DNA of 64,000 nt from contig CADBDF010000004.1 in the NCBI GenBank assembly GCA_902793435.1, forward strand, positions 11,650-75,649, written 5' to 3'. Origin of the DNA: an uncultured Pseudomonadota bacterium (GTDB lineage Bacteria; Pseudomonadota; Alphaproteobacteria; Rs-D84). The position numbers and the translations under genes are program-made. Below are positions 10,371-20,101 of this stretch, piece after piece; the first letter of the stretch is position 1; every line of letters starts with the position of its first letter. Under the pieces are notes generated by a model. That model was not told the origin of the DNA, ran no database searches, and worked only from the letters and a program-made list of their open reading frames with translations.

Positions 10371-11095
10371 AACAATCTGTATTACGCGTTGAACATTTAT
10401 CTAAAAATTACGGCAAACGAACAGTTATTCGCGATATATCAATGATTGTTCGCCAAGGCGAATCTGTGGGATTATTGGGACCAAACGGTGCTGGAAAAAC
10501 AACGGCTTTTTACTGTATAACCGGTCAATTAAATGCGACATCTGGGCAAATATTTTTAAATTCCCAAGATATAACACACCTGCCATTTTATCAAAGGGCG
10601 CGTTTGCATATTGGATATCTGCCCCAGGAAAACAGTGTATTTCGCGGATTAACCGTTGAACAAAACATTATGGCAATATTGGAAGTTGTTGAACCATCAC
10701 GCAAAAAACGTATTCAAAAATTAGAATCATTATTGAACGAATTTTCAATTTCTCATTTACGCACCAGTCCTGCAACTGCACTGTCTGGTGGCGAACGTCG
10801 TCGTGTTGAAATTGCACGCGCATTGGCAAACGACCCAAAATTTATATTATTGGACGAACCATTTGCCGGCATTGACCCAATTGCCGTAAATGAAATTCGT
10901 GATTTAGTATCACAATTAAAAGACAGAGGTTTAGGCGTAATTATCACCGACCACAATGTTCGCGAAACATTAGGCATTACCGACCGCAGTTATGTTTTAC
11001 ACGATGGAAAAATTTTAAAACATGGCACCGCACGCGAAATTACCGCCGACGAACAGGTAAAAAAAGTATATCTGGGCGAAAATTTCAGCATGTAA
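10367..11095 (+). CDS. lptB: LPS export ABC ATPase LptB
   Basis: GPNGAGKTT, LSGGERRRVEIARAL, LDEPFAGIDPI, ITDHNVRETL, VYLGENF. Confidence 0.97.
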   Translation: MKQSVLRVEHLSKNYGKRTVIRDISMIVRQGESVGLLGPNGAGKTTAFYCITGQLNATSGQIFLNSQDITHLPFYQRARLHIGYLPQENSVFRGLTVEQNIMAILEVVEPSRKKRIQKLESLLNEFSISHLRTSPATALSGGERRRVEIARALANDPKFILLDEPFAGIDPIAVNEIRDLVSQLKDRGLGVIITDHNVRETLGITDRSYVLHDGKILKHGTAREITADEQVKKVYLGENFSM

Positions 11096-11105
11096 AAAAG
11101 TAATA

Positions 11106-11343
11106 AAAAAACAATCCCCGCAAAACGCGGGGCTATTTTTTGGTGGACGCTTTGGGGACTCCCTCGGCCGGCAAAGCCGACACTACGGGGAAACCGTAAC
11201 GATTTGATTGCACGATGTTTATCAAATCTACTTGTTTTCGAACCCAACCGGCAAACTTTTGTTTGCCAACTATTTCAATCCAATCATATCCATCAACCAA
11301 AAAACAATCCCCGCAAAATGCGGGGTTATTTTTTGGTGGACGC
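11106..11343. repeat. 45-bp direct repeat (11106-11150 and 11299-11343) of the tRNA-Lys 3' end plus its terminator
   Basis: aaaaaacaatccccgcaaaaYgcggggYtattttttggtggacgc occurs twice, 43/45 identical. Confidence 0.9.
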
Positions 11344-11409
11344 ACAGGGACTCGAACCCTGGACCCACTGATTAAGAGTCAGTTGCTCTACCAACTGAGC
11401 TATGCATCC
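11334..11409 (-). tRNA. tRNA-Lys(CTT)
   Basis: 76-nt cloverleaf GGATGCATAGCTCAGTTGGTAGAGC...anticodon CTT...GGTTCGAGTCC...CCA. Confidence 0.97.
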
Positions 11410-11465
11410 AAAACTTAAAACAGACAAAATTATATTATAAAATATCACAAAATCAAGTTTTTACT

Positions 11466-13013
11466 TTATTTTTTTAAATAATTCACTGGATTATATGCGC
11501 GTGTTCCCTTACGAATTTCAAAATGCAACTGTGGTCTATCAACCTTGCCTGATTGACCAACCGTCCCAATTTTTTGCCCAACAACAACGGTTGCACCACG
11601 ACGCACACTCATTGTATCCATATGTGCATAGACCGTCATAAAACCATCACTATGTTGAATAATAATTAAATTTCCCATACCTTTGACTTCATTTCCAGCA
11701 TACGCAACAAAACCATTTTCCGCCGCCATAACTTTTGCGCCCTTGGTTCCTGCAATATTAATACCATCATTAACCAAACCATTTGGCTTTGAACCAAACC
11801 CAGATAAAATCTTGCCACGCAAAGGCCATGAAAATTTAGATGCTGACCGCGCCGCCAATGTCTTGGTTGCACGTTTGGTTGTTTTTTTGGTATCCACCCC
11901 AGATGTTGTTTTGGTTGCTGTTTTAGATGTTTGTTTTTTTGTCCCAGTTTTTGTATCTTTCACAGTCGCCTTGGTATTTTTCGCGATTGTTTTTGTTGAA
12001 ACCTTTTCTGTTTTTGCATTTACCTTTTTTGATGTATCCACCTTTTTGATCGCATCTACTTTTTTAACATCTGTCTTTTTAACATCTGTCTTCTTCACAT
12101 CGACTTTCTTAGGTGTCTCTTTCTTCACAGATTCCGGCACAGTTTTTTTCATGTCTGTTTTATTACTATTAACTTTTGCCGTCGTCGGCTTTGACGATTG
12201 CGCCTTGGATTCAATTTTGGGTTCTGGTTTAACCACCGCACGCACAGGCGCATTATATTTCGGCACAGACAAAACATCTGGAACTTTTATTTTTTGCCCA
12301 ACCGACAAAGTAAATGGCGCAGATATTTTATTCAACACCGCCAAATCATTTACCGGCACCGAATATTTACGCGAAATAGAATACAATGTATCACCCGCCG
12401 CCACAGTCACATCACGCAACGGCGCACGCATTGTTTCCAGCACTTTTTCATCATCATCATTTAATTTTTTAACCTGGGGCAATGATTCTGTTTTTTTATC
12501 TTCAACTTTTTTTGATTGTGGCTTTTCTGTTTCCGCCTTTGTTTCTACTTTATCATCAACAACTGGTTTTCCCGCAACATAATCTGGGATTTTTAAATCT
12601 TCAACATCGGTATCCGGCGCATAACCATATTCATTGATTTCTGTATCTGTTGTATCAGGTTCTTCTTTGTTATCTGGTTCATCGACAGATTCTTCATCAT
12701 CTGGCATACCGACATCATCGTCCGCGACATCTGTGTCTTGGGCTGGCATTGTGTAATCATCAGCCGGCGAATATAAAACATAATCTTGTTCGGTCACATC
12801 ACCATTACCATATTCGGTCGCCGATGCATAAACACCATAATCCGCCACAGCCGTTTTATAAATTTCACTGTCTGGTTCCGCCAACAATGTTGGATACCGC
12901 GTGGAAATAAAATCACCAACATCATCAGGAATAGATGCTATTTTTGGCTGTAAATCACAGCCCGCAACAACAGCGATTATACCAACGAAAAAAATCCCAA
13001 AAAACCTTTTCAT
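11466..13013 (-). CDS. LysM + M23 (LytM) lipoprotein, NlpD/DipM-like amidase activator
   Basis: Lipobox VAGC; LysM (VAAGDTLYSISRKY); Lys-rich linker; M23 with NDGINI/YAH/LHFE, first Zn ligands degenerate as in NlpD. Confidence 0.88.
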   Translation of the reverse strand: MKRFFGIFFVGIIAVVAGCDLQPKIASIPDDVGDFISTRYPTLLAEPDSEIYKTAVADYGVYASATEYGNGDVTEQDYVLYSPADDYTMPAQDTDVADDDVGMPDDEESVDEPDNKEEPDTTDTEINEYGYAPDTDVEDLKIPDYVAGKPVVDDKVETKAETEKPQSKKVEDKKTESLPQVKKLNDDDEKVLETMRAPLRDVTVAAGDTLYSISRKYSVPVNDLAVLNKISAPFTLSVGQKIKVPDVLSVPKYNAPVRAVVKPEPKIESKAQSSKPTTAKVNSNKTDMKKTVPESVKKETPKKVDVKKTDVKKTDVKKVDAIKKVDTSKKVNAKTEKVSTKTIAKNTKATVKDTKTGTKKQTSKTATKTTSGVDTKKTTKRATKTLAARSASKFSWPLRGKILSGFGSKPNGLVNDGINIAGTKGAKVMAAENGFVAYAGNEVKGMGNLIIIQHSDGFMTVYAHMDTMSVRRGATVVVGQKIGTVGQSGKVDRPQLHFEIRKGTRAYNPVNYLKK

Positions 13014-13050
13014 CGCTAACGATTATATCATATTTTTATCGACAAATAAA

Positions 13051-13770
13051 TTATTTGTTGGTGTCCCCACGCATAAACAAAACACTTATTTCAAACAAAG
13101 CCCACATTGGCACAGCCAACAAAATCTGGGACACAACATCTGGGGGGGTCAAAACCGCCGCGGCAATAACTATTAAAATAATTGCATATCGGCGCATAGC
13201 CACAACACGCGCACGCGACAGCACCCCTATTCTGTTCAACAAAATCATAATTACAGGTAATTGAAACGCGATTCCAAAAACCTTTAACAACCGAATTGTA
13301 AATGTCAAATAATCACGAACAGCCGGTAAAATAATTGCCGGCACAGATGACGATTGGTTTAATTCTATAAAAAATCCAAATACGAACGGAAATAAAACAT
13401 AGAAAGCAAATCCAGCCCCAATCAAAAATAATATCGGCGATGCAATCATTATTGGCCAAATAAAATTCTTTTCGTTTTTCTTTAATCCAGGCGCAACAAA
13501 AGCCCACACATGCCATAACATAACAGGTATCGACAACAACAATGCAACCGTCACAGATAATGACAATCGTATCATCAAACCGTCTGTTATCCCATTATAT
13601 AACAAATTTCCATTCCAAATTTTCAGCAATGGTTTTGTTAAAAATTCTTGGACACTTGGTGCAACATACCACCCCAAAACAAAGAACGCCAAAAATATAA
13701 AAACGCACCACAAAAATCGCCGGCGCAATTCTGCAAAATGTTCCATCAAAGTCATTTTTTTATTATTCAT
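13051..13770 (-). CDS. tatC: Twin-arginine translocase TatC
   Basis: EHFAELRRR, FVAPGL...E, FQLP, LTPPDV.SQ. Confidence 0.96.
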   Translation of the reverse strand: MNNKKMTLMEHFAELRRRFLWCVFIFLAFFVLGWYVAPSVQEFLTKPLLKIWNGNLLYNGITDGLMIRLSLSVTVALLLSIPVMLWHVWAFVAPGLKKNEKNFIWPIMIASPILFLIGAGFAFYVLFPFVFGFFIELNQSSSVPAIILPAVRDYLTFTIRLLKVFGIAFQLPVIMILLNRIGVLSRARVVAMRRYAIILIVIAAAVLTPPDVVSQILLAVPMWALFEISVLFMRGDTNK

Positions 13771-14051
13771 TTTTTTGCTGTTTTCTTGCGTCCGCGTGTT
13801 TTTTTAATCGGTGTTGAAAAATCATTCAATATATCATTTGTTGTTGTATTTATTATATCATTTATAGGTTTTTCTAAATCTATTTGGTCTTTGATTTTAT
13901 CGGTTGCATCTGTAATTTGCCAAATAATTTTACGAATATATTTTATCACACGCGCCAAAAAACGTGCCACATCCGGCCAATATTTTACCGGCACAACCAA
14001 AATTGCGACAATTAAAATTACTAAAAATTCAGCCCAACTGATACCAAACAT
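13767..14051 (-). CDS. tatB: Twin-arginine translocase TatB
   Basis: MFGISWAEF.VI TM helix plus amphipathic helix; directly upstream of tatC. Confidence 0.85.
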   Translation of the reverse strand: MFGISWAEFLVILIVAILVVPVKYWPDVARFLARVIKYIRKIIWQITDATDKIKDQIDLEKPINDIINTTTNDILNDFSTPIKKTRGRKKTAKK

Positions 14052-14053
14052 TT

Positions 14054-14668
14054 TTAATCATAAAAATCATCTGTGGCGGCATTACTGATTGTTTTATGCC
14101 GACCTATTTGGAAATAACTTTTTTCAAAATCTGTTTTTGGTTTTAAATTACGAAACACAACATCAGTGCTGACCCCGGTTGCATCTGTCACCGTCCAAGA
14201 TTTTAATTTAACCGGCGATTTATCAAAAACAACCGTCATATGTCCCAAACCCTTGTTATCACGCATATACATATTTAACGCAAAAGAATTTTTTTCTTCA
14301 AAAGTATCTGTCACAACAATATCTGCATTTTGCAAATCTATATTTTTACGCACCAAAATTCCCGCGGGCGTACTGGTCAATGGCACAGTTGTAATTTGGT
14401 CCAATGTTTTATCATAAAAATATAAATCTTTACCATCTGCAATCAATTGAATTGGTGCGTTTTTATAATCCAAACGGACGCGTCCTGGACGCAACATAGA
14501 AAACAAACCACGTGCAACTTTGCCTTTGGACGTTTGCATAAAATCGCCCGTCAATCCGGTCACAGAATTTAAATATTTTTCAGCCGCCGCGACATATTTT
14601 TTATCCACCTCTGCATTTGCAGACACCGCCACAAACATTGCAAAAATCACAACAAATAATTTTTTCAT
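14054..14668 (-). CDS. lolA: Outer-membrane lipoprotein carrier LolA
   Basis: Signal peptide; RPGRVRLDY, YDKTLDQ.T.PL.STP. Confidence 0.88.
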   Translation of the reverse strand: MKKLFVVIFAMFVAVSANAEVDKKYVAAAEKYLNSVTGLTGDFMQTSKGKVARGLFSMLRPGRVRLDYKNAPIQLIADGKDLYFYDKTLDQITTVPLTSTPAGILVRKNIDLQNADIVVTDTFEEKNSFALNMYMRDNKGLGHMTVVFDKSPVKLKSWTVTDATGVSTDVVFRNLKPKTDFEKSYFQIGRHKTISNAATDDFYD

Positions 14669-14673
14669 CTCTA

Positions 14674-15624
14674 TCAAGCCCCCTTGAATAATTCTATTAC
14701 ACGTTGTTTTACATTTTCCAAACTGTCATTAACAACCGCCCCAGATGCGCATATATGACCACCACCACCCAGTTTTTCAGCAATTTTATTTACCGGCAAA
14801 AACTTACTGCGCAACGATACACCGATTTGATTTTCTTTTTGTTGTTTTAACAAAACGATATATTCGATACCTTTAATCTGTCCCAACAAAGACAAAGCCG
14901 TTTCGCCACGTCCATCTAGATTTTTATATGCCGCCGAATCAACGGTCGCAATTACCAATCTGTTATGATAATAAAATTCAGCATCTGCGACAACACGCGC
15001 CTCGGTTTGAATTGTTTTACGTGGTTTATGACTTAATAATTCTAATTGTCTTTGGATATCAACACCTTTATCAACCAATTCAGCCATAATTCGCAAAGAA
15101 CGACCATCTTTGGCATATTTAAAATTACCTGTATCGGTTAAAATTCCAATTGCCAACAGGTTTAAAACCTTGTCATCATATTCCCAGCCGGCATCAATCA
15201 TCAAATCATAAATTAAACATGCTGTTGCCGCCGCAGTTTCATCATCAATACATAAATTTCCAATTTTTTCGTCATTCCAATGATGGTCAATTTCAACCAA
15301 GAATTTTGCCGTATCCAGCGCACCGCGCGTTCCGCCAATATTGCGTGTTGTTCCATAATCCATCAATATTGCCAAATCAAACGGTTTAGACAAATCCACC
15401 TGTTCAAAATAATGTGCGCGCCCACGCAAAGGAATATACCTAAATGCCTCTGGTACATTACCATCATAAATACAAACACTGTCTTTGCCATAATTTAAAT
15501 AAATCAACTGGTACAACGCTAACACAGAACACAACGCATCACCATCAGGATTTTTATGTGCCGTCAGCAAAATTGAATCCGCCGCTTTAATTTTTTCTAA
15601 TAAGATTTTAGTTTCTTGTTTCAT
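14674..15624 (-). CDS. nrnA: DHH-family nanoRNase/pAp phosphatase
   Basis: HKNPDGDA, IDHH, TDTGNF, GGGGH. Confidence 0.88.
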   Translation of the reverse strand: MKQETKILLEKIKAADSILLTAHKNPDGDALCSVLALYQLIYLNYGKDSVCIYDGNVPEAFRYIPLRGRAHYFEQVDLSKPFDLAILMDYGTTRNIGGTRGALDTAKFLVEIDHHWNDEKIGNLCIDDETAAATACLIYDLMIDAGWEYDDKVLNLLAIGILTDTGNFKYAKDGRSLRIMAELVDKGVDIQRQLELLSHKPRKTIQTEARVVADAEFYYHNRLVIATVDSAAYKNLDGRGETALSLLGQIKGIEYIVLLKQQKENQIGVSLRSKFLPVNKIAEKLGGGGHICASGAVVNDSLENVKQRVIELFKGA

Positions 15625-15625
15625 A

Positions 15626-17410
15626 TTATCTAACCGCAATATCTTCTACTACAAATTGTGCCGTATGCCGTCCGTTAAATTCATTATCTTTTAACCGTCC
15701 CAGCATAGATATTGTAGTGTTTGTATTCGCATCGTCCAGTAAAAAATTACCAACCGGCGTTCCAACCAAATTAAACCCAACAAATGCCAAAGATGTCCCC
15801 AATGAAGTTTTTATTGAACCACGAATATGCGAACCATTTCCCATAATCGTTGCATAATGCAATATCGCACCATTTAACACCAATTCTGGTTCCGGATTTC
15901 CCTGACCAAATGGCGCCAACACAGCCAATTTCTGTACCAAAGACATATTTGCACCACTGGCATCTATTTCTGCATCAACCATAACTTCTGGAACAATTTT
16001 ATTATTTCCTAATTGTTCTATAACAGACGCTTCTAAAAAATCACGAAATTCTTGTTCTTTGTCCGCCGGCAAAGAAAATCCTGCCGCCGCTGCGTGTCCG
16101 CCACCTTCGGTCACGATACCACGTGCCAATGCGTCATGGATAATCCGTCCCAAATCAACATTTGCAACAGACCGCCCTGACCCATTTATAACACCATCTA
16201 TCTTGGTTGCCACACACGAAGGCCGATTGTATTTATCTTTTAACCGTCCGGCAATAATTCCCATAACACCGCCATGCCAATTATCGCCACATACAAACAA
16301 ACTGCATCGACCATCTGCACAGCATTGTTCCGCCTGGGAAACCGCACCCAACATGATTGCATTTTGAATATCAATACGCTCTTTGTTCATAAAATCTAAT
16401 TTCTCTGCCAGCGCACGTGCCACCAACGGGTTATCAGTCAGTAATAATTCCAACGCAGGCTTTGCCGAATCCAAACGACCGGCGGCATTCAAGCGCGGCC
16501 CCAATACAAAACCCGAAACATACACAGATGCACCTTTGACCCCGGCAACATCCATCAATATACGCAAACCTAAATTTTTACGTCCGTCCATAACACGCAA
16601 TCCGGTTGATACAAACGCACGATTTAATCCAACCAATGGCATAGTATCGCAAATTGTTCCCAACGCGACCAAATCCATATAATCCATCAAGTTTATTTGT
16701 GACTGTAATTCGCAAACAGTTCCATTTGAACAATTACGCAATTCACGATTAACCGCAACCAAAGTCAAAAACGCAACACCAACACCCGCCAAATAATTCA
16801 ACCCAGATGTATCATCAACACGTTTAGGATTTACAACCGCATCGGCATTTGGCAAAACATTATCAGGCGAATGATGGTCTGTCACAACAACCGTTAATCC
16901 ACGCGATTTTGCGTATTCAACCTCGGTCACGCAACTGATACCACAATCAACAGTCACTAAAACCGTTGCCCCAGAATTTATCAATTCATCAATGGCACCC
17001 GTATTTAACCCATAACCTTCACCGTCCCTGGTTGGAACATGCCAAACGACATCTACATTCAAAGAACGCAAGAATTTTACAAATATCGCGGTTGATGTAA
17101 TTCCATCAACATCATAATCACCATAAACCGCAATTTTACGATGCGAACAAATTGCCTCGGCAATTATCTTGGCCGCACGTTCCATATCATTTAAAACAAA
17201 TGGGTCTGGCATATATTCTTTGATTGTTGGTGCCAAAAATTTTTCAATTTCCACATCACCAACCAAACCACGACCTGCCAAAATATTTTTAACCAACGCA
17301 TCAGCAAAATTCGTAGTTTCACCAAAATCTATACTATGATCCATCACCCATGCTTGACCCAGCAGGGACTTTTCAACTAACTTTTTCACGCTATACTCTT
17401 TTCTTATCAA
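15626..17410 (-). CDS. recJ: ssDNA exonuclease RecJ
   Basis: YGDYDVDG, TDHH, PRLNAAGRL, GGGHAAAAG, PFGQGNPEP. Confidence 0.96.
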   Translation of the reverse strand: MIRKEYSVKKLVEKSLLGQAWVMDHSIDFGETTNFADALVKNILAGRGLVGDVEIEKFLAPTIKEYMPDPFVLNDMERAAKIIAEAICSHRKIAVYGDYDVDGITSTAIFVKFLRSLNVDVVWHVPTRDGEGYGLNTGAIDELINSGATVLVTVDCGISCVTEVEYAKSRGLTVVVTDHHSPDNVLPNADAVVNPKRVDDTSGLNYLAGVGVAFLTLVAVNRELRNCSNGTVCELQSQINLMDYMDLVALGTICDTMPLVGLNRAFVSTGLRVMDGRKNLGLRILMDVAGVKGASVYVSGFVLGPRLNAAGRLDSAKPALELLLTDNPLVARALAEKLDFMNKERIDIQNAIMLGAVSQAEQCCADGRCSLFVCGDNWHGGVMGIIAGRLKDKYNRPSCVATKIDGVINGSGRSVANVDLGRIIHDALARGIVTEGGGHAAAAGFSLPADKEQEFRDFLEASVIEQLGNNKIVPEVMVDAEIDASGANMSLVQKLAVLAPFGQGNPEPELVLNGAILHYATIMGNGSHIRGSIKTSLGTSLAFVGFNLVGTPVGNFLLDDANTNTTISMLGRLKDNEFNGRHTAQFVVEDIAVR

Positions 17411-17428
17411 ATATATTATAGCGGAAAT

Positions 17429-19093
17429 TTATTCAAATATCAACGGCAGGATTCCATCAAGTATTTTTTCAGCAGTCGGCACAGAATTTTGTGATGCGGT
17501 TCGCCAACCACCTGTTTCTGCAATAGCCTGGGGTTCGTCCAAAGTCACCATTATAATATATTGTGGTGCATCGGCTGGGAAAATACCAACAAATGTTGTC
17601 ATATTGCGTTTTTTATCAATAACACCATTTATACGTTTTTCTGCGGTTCCTGTTTTTCCACCAATTTTAATTCCATTAATACGCGTTAATTTTCCACTGG
17701 TTTCTTCGACAACGCGCACCATATTTTCGCGCAATTTTGCAGATATATTTTCGTCCAAAACGCGTTCGCCTTTGATACGACCAACATCGCGTTTTCGTAT
17801 TGTTGGGTTGATATAAATACCACCATTTGTGACAGCATTAACCCCCAACAATAAATGCATAGGTGTGACGGCCACCGTATGTCCAAACGAAGCAGATGCA
17901 ATATCGGTAATTCCCCATTTTTTTGGAAAAATAGGATGTTCCGTTTTACCAAAATCCAAACTTAATTTTTCGTCCAAATGCAAACGATGAAAAAATCTGG
18001 CCTGGGCACCTTCGGGAAATTTTTCTGCGATTTGCACACTGCCCACATTACAAGAATGAACCATCACATCATCAACATCCATCCAATCTTGTTTAAATTT
18101 TGTGACATCATGAAACGTATGAATATATTTACCACTTTTGGTTCTTAAAATATATGGTTTTGCGACATAATACCGCCCACCAATATTATTTTCATACGCA
18201 ATCGCGGTATTAAATATTTTGAACACAGACCCCATTTCCAACACATCGCGCATTTGTTTAAATCTGCGATTTTCAATCGGGTACCACGACACATGTTCTG
18301 GGTCATAATCCGGCAAAGACACCATAGCCAAAATTTCACCTGTGCGTGAATTCATCAAAGTTCCCATTGCGGCCTTGGCATGATATTTTTGTACCGCTTC
18401 GGATAAACGACTGTGGAATTGTTCTTGAATTCTGGCGTCCAAAGACAAACGCAAAGGGTCGCGATTTTCACGCAAATACGAATCAAATATTTGTTCGGCA
18501 CCGTCCAAGCCTTCGCCTTCTTTGCCGACAAAACCAACGATATGCGCAAACAAATTGTGTTTTGGATAAACGCGTCTTTGTTCTGTGACCATTTCCAAAC
18601 CACTCAAACTGTGTTTAGGTTGTTTTTTTAATCGCGCGTCCGCAATTGATTGTTGTATTGCCGTTTTCAAAGCATCAATTTCACTTTGTGTTGCCTTTTC
18701 ACGCAAAACAACATACTTACCTTGGCGAATAAATTCATACACCTGATTCACAGAATATTGATATGGAAAAACATTATGAATTGTTTGTGCCACCGCATCT
18801 GCATCAACAACAAATTTAGAAACCAACTGCACCTTGGCACTCATAACATTTTTTGCCAGTTTTACACCATTTCTATCTTCGATATCTGCGCGTGTGACAA
18901 CCCATTCACCATCAACAGATGTGCCACCTTTCTTGTCGGTCCCAATAATTCCATAATATAAAGTCTTGGCAAAAAACAAAGCAAACACCAGGTATATTCC
19001 ACCCAACAGCCACCCCAATCTAACACGTTCTGTATCGCGGCGTTTTGCAACGCGTCTTTTAGATTTATAAACATCGCTTCCTAATTCGAACAT
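17429..19093 (-). CDS. ftsI: Class B penicillin-binding protein (FtsI/PBP3)
   Basis: SVFK, SCN and KTGT motifs; follows the ftsL-like gene. Confidence 0.88.
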   Translation of the reverse strand: MFELGSDVYKSKRRVAKRRDTERVRLGWLLGGIYLVFALFFAKTLYYGIIGTDKKGGTSVDGEWVVTRADIEDRNGVKLAKNVMSAKVQLVSKFVVDADAVAQTIHNVFPYQYSVNQVYEFIRQGKYVVLREKATQSEIDALKTAIQQSIADARLKKQPKHSLSGLEMVTEQRRVYPKHNLFAHIVGFVGKEGEGLDGAEQIFDSYLRENRDPLRLSLDARIQEQFHSRLSEAVQKYHAKAAMGTLMNSRTGEILAMVSLPDYDPEHVSWYPIENRRFKQMRDVLEMGSVFKIFNTAIAYENNIGGRYYVAKPYILRTKSGKYIHTFHDVTKFKQDWMDVDDVMVHSCNVGSVQIAEKFPEGAQARFFHRLHLDEKLSLDFGKTEHPIFPKKWGITDIASASFGHTVAVTPMHLLLGVNAVTNGGIYINPTIRKRDVGRIKGERVLDENISAKLRENMVRVVEETSGKLTRINGIKIGGKTGTAEKRINGVIDKKRNMTTFVGIFPADAPQYIIMVTLDEPQAIAETGGWRTASQNSVPTAEKILDGILPLIFE

Positions 19094-19094
19094 A

Positions 19095-19385
19095 TTATTG
19101 CTTCCTTAATGGTAAATCATCAACATCTGTGTATTTTTTAAAACCGATTATTTCAACACGTGGGACAACCGCCATAACACTATTTTGCAAATATTCTGCA
19201 TTTATCATAGATTCAAATTTTGCCTGGGACACTGCAATTTGTTGTTGTGTTTTTACAATTTCTGCATTGGTATAATTTAATGTTCGTCTTTGTATTCTGT
19301 TTGCCACCTGTAATGCGACCATAACAAAAACGCACCCAGCCAATGCCCAAACACCAATTTTAAACATTTTCTGTTCTTCGTTCAT
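19095..19385 (-). CDS. ftsL: Cell division protein FtsL-like
   Basis: Single TM plus coiled coil, immediately upstream of ftsI. Confidence 0.55.
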   Translation of the reverse strand: MNEEQKMFKIGVWALAGCVFVMVALQVANRIQRRTLNYTNAEIVKTQQQIAVSQAKFESMINAEYLQNSVMAVVPRVEIIGFKKYTDVDDLPLRKQ

Positions 19386-19414
19386 ATCCGTCCCCTCGCC
19401 AGAATAGTATTTTA

Positions 19415-19780
19415 TCATAAATTTTGTAAAAAACTAATCATAGAATTTACCCCAGATAACCTTGCGGCACCCAAATTCAATTTCAGGCCCAAAAACTCGC
19501 CCATTAAATCCATTTCACGTATCTGGGTTAGTGTTTTTGAATCAACCATTGCCAACAATATCGCCAACACACCACGCACAATCGCCGAATCAGCAACACC
19601 ATAAAACCGACCATCTGGGCCAACACATATTTCAACATGCGATGTACAACCCGTAATTTCATGACATTGGGCACTTTGTGGCACAGATTCCAATTCGCGA
19701 CCAAAATCCATAACCAATTCTAATTTATCCACAGGATTGTCCAACGAATTTAAAAGATTTTTTATTTTTTCATATTGCAT
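19415..19780 (-). CDS. sufE: Sulfur acceptor SufE
   Basis: ITGCTSHV, DSAIVRG, R.SG. Confidence 0.9.
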   Translation of the reverse strand: MQYEKIKNLLNSLDNPVDKLELVMDFGRELESVPQSAQCHEITGCTSHVEICVGPDGRFYGVADSAIVRGVLAILLAMVDSKTLTQIREMDLMGEFLGLKLNLGAARLSGVNSMISFLQNL

Positions 19781-19786
19781 AACTAA

Positions 19787-20101
19787 TTACCAACCCATAT
19801 TTGTTAAATCTAATTCCAAACGCGCCTCGTCTGTCATACGCGATAAATCCCACGCAGGTTCCCAAACCAATTTAACATCTGCGTTTTTAACACCTGGAAC
19901 ATTTGACAAGACCTGTTTTACCTGTGCCAATAATTCTTCCATCATTGGACATGTTGGACTGGTAAAAGTCATAGTTATCGCAACATTATCATCATCTATG
20001 TTAATATCATACACCAAACCCATATCCCAAATATTCACAGGAATTTCTGGGTCAAACACTGTTTTCAAAGCATTTATAACATCATCACGATTTACTGTCA
20101 T
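19787..20101 (-). CDS. sufT: DUF59 Fe-S assembly protein SufT
   Basis: DPEIPVNIWDMGLVY, TSPTCP, VWEPAW. Confidence 0.9.
   Translation of the reverse strand: MTVNRDDVINALKTVFDPEIPVNIWDMGLVYDINIDDDNVAITMTFTSPTCPMMEELLAQVKQVLSNVPGVKNADVKLVWEPAWDLSRMTDEARLELDLTNMGW

Noticed and set aside
11141-11298. Second tRNA or tmRNA piece ending in CCA
   Set aside because: No TTC T-loop, D-arm or pairing 5' acceptor strand; only a 3'-end duplicate
12030-12125. KKTDV/KKVD micro-repeats
   Set aside because: Ordinary low-complexity linker of the LysM-M23 protein
11683-12582. 299-aa plus-strand ORF and other long antisense ORFs (e.g. 26538, 30735, 33338, 43787, 54824, 55505)
   Set aside because: Shadows of well-supported genes on the opposite strand; no RBS or family motifs
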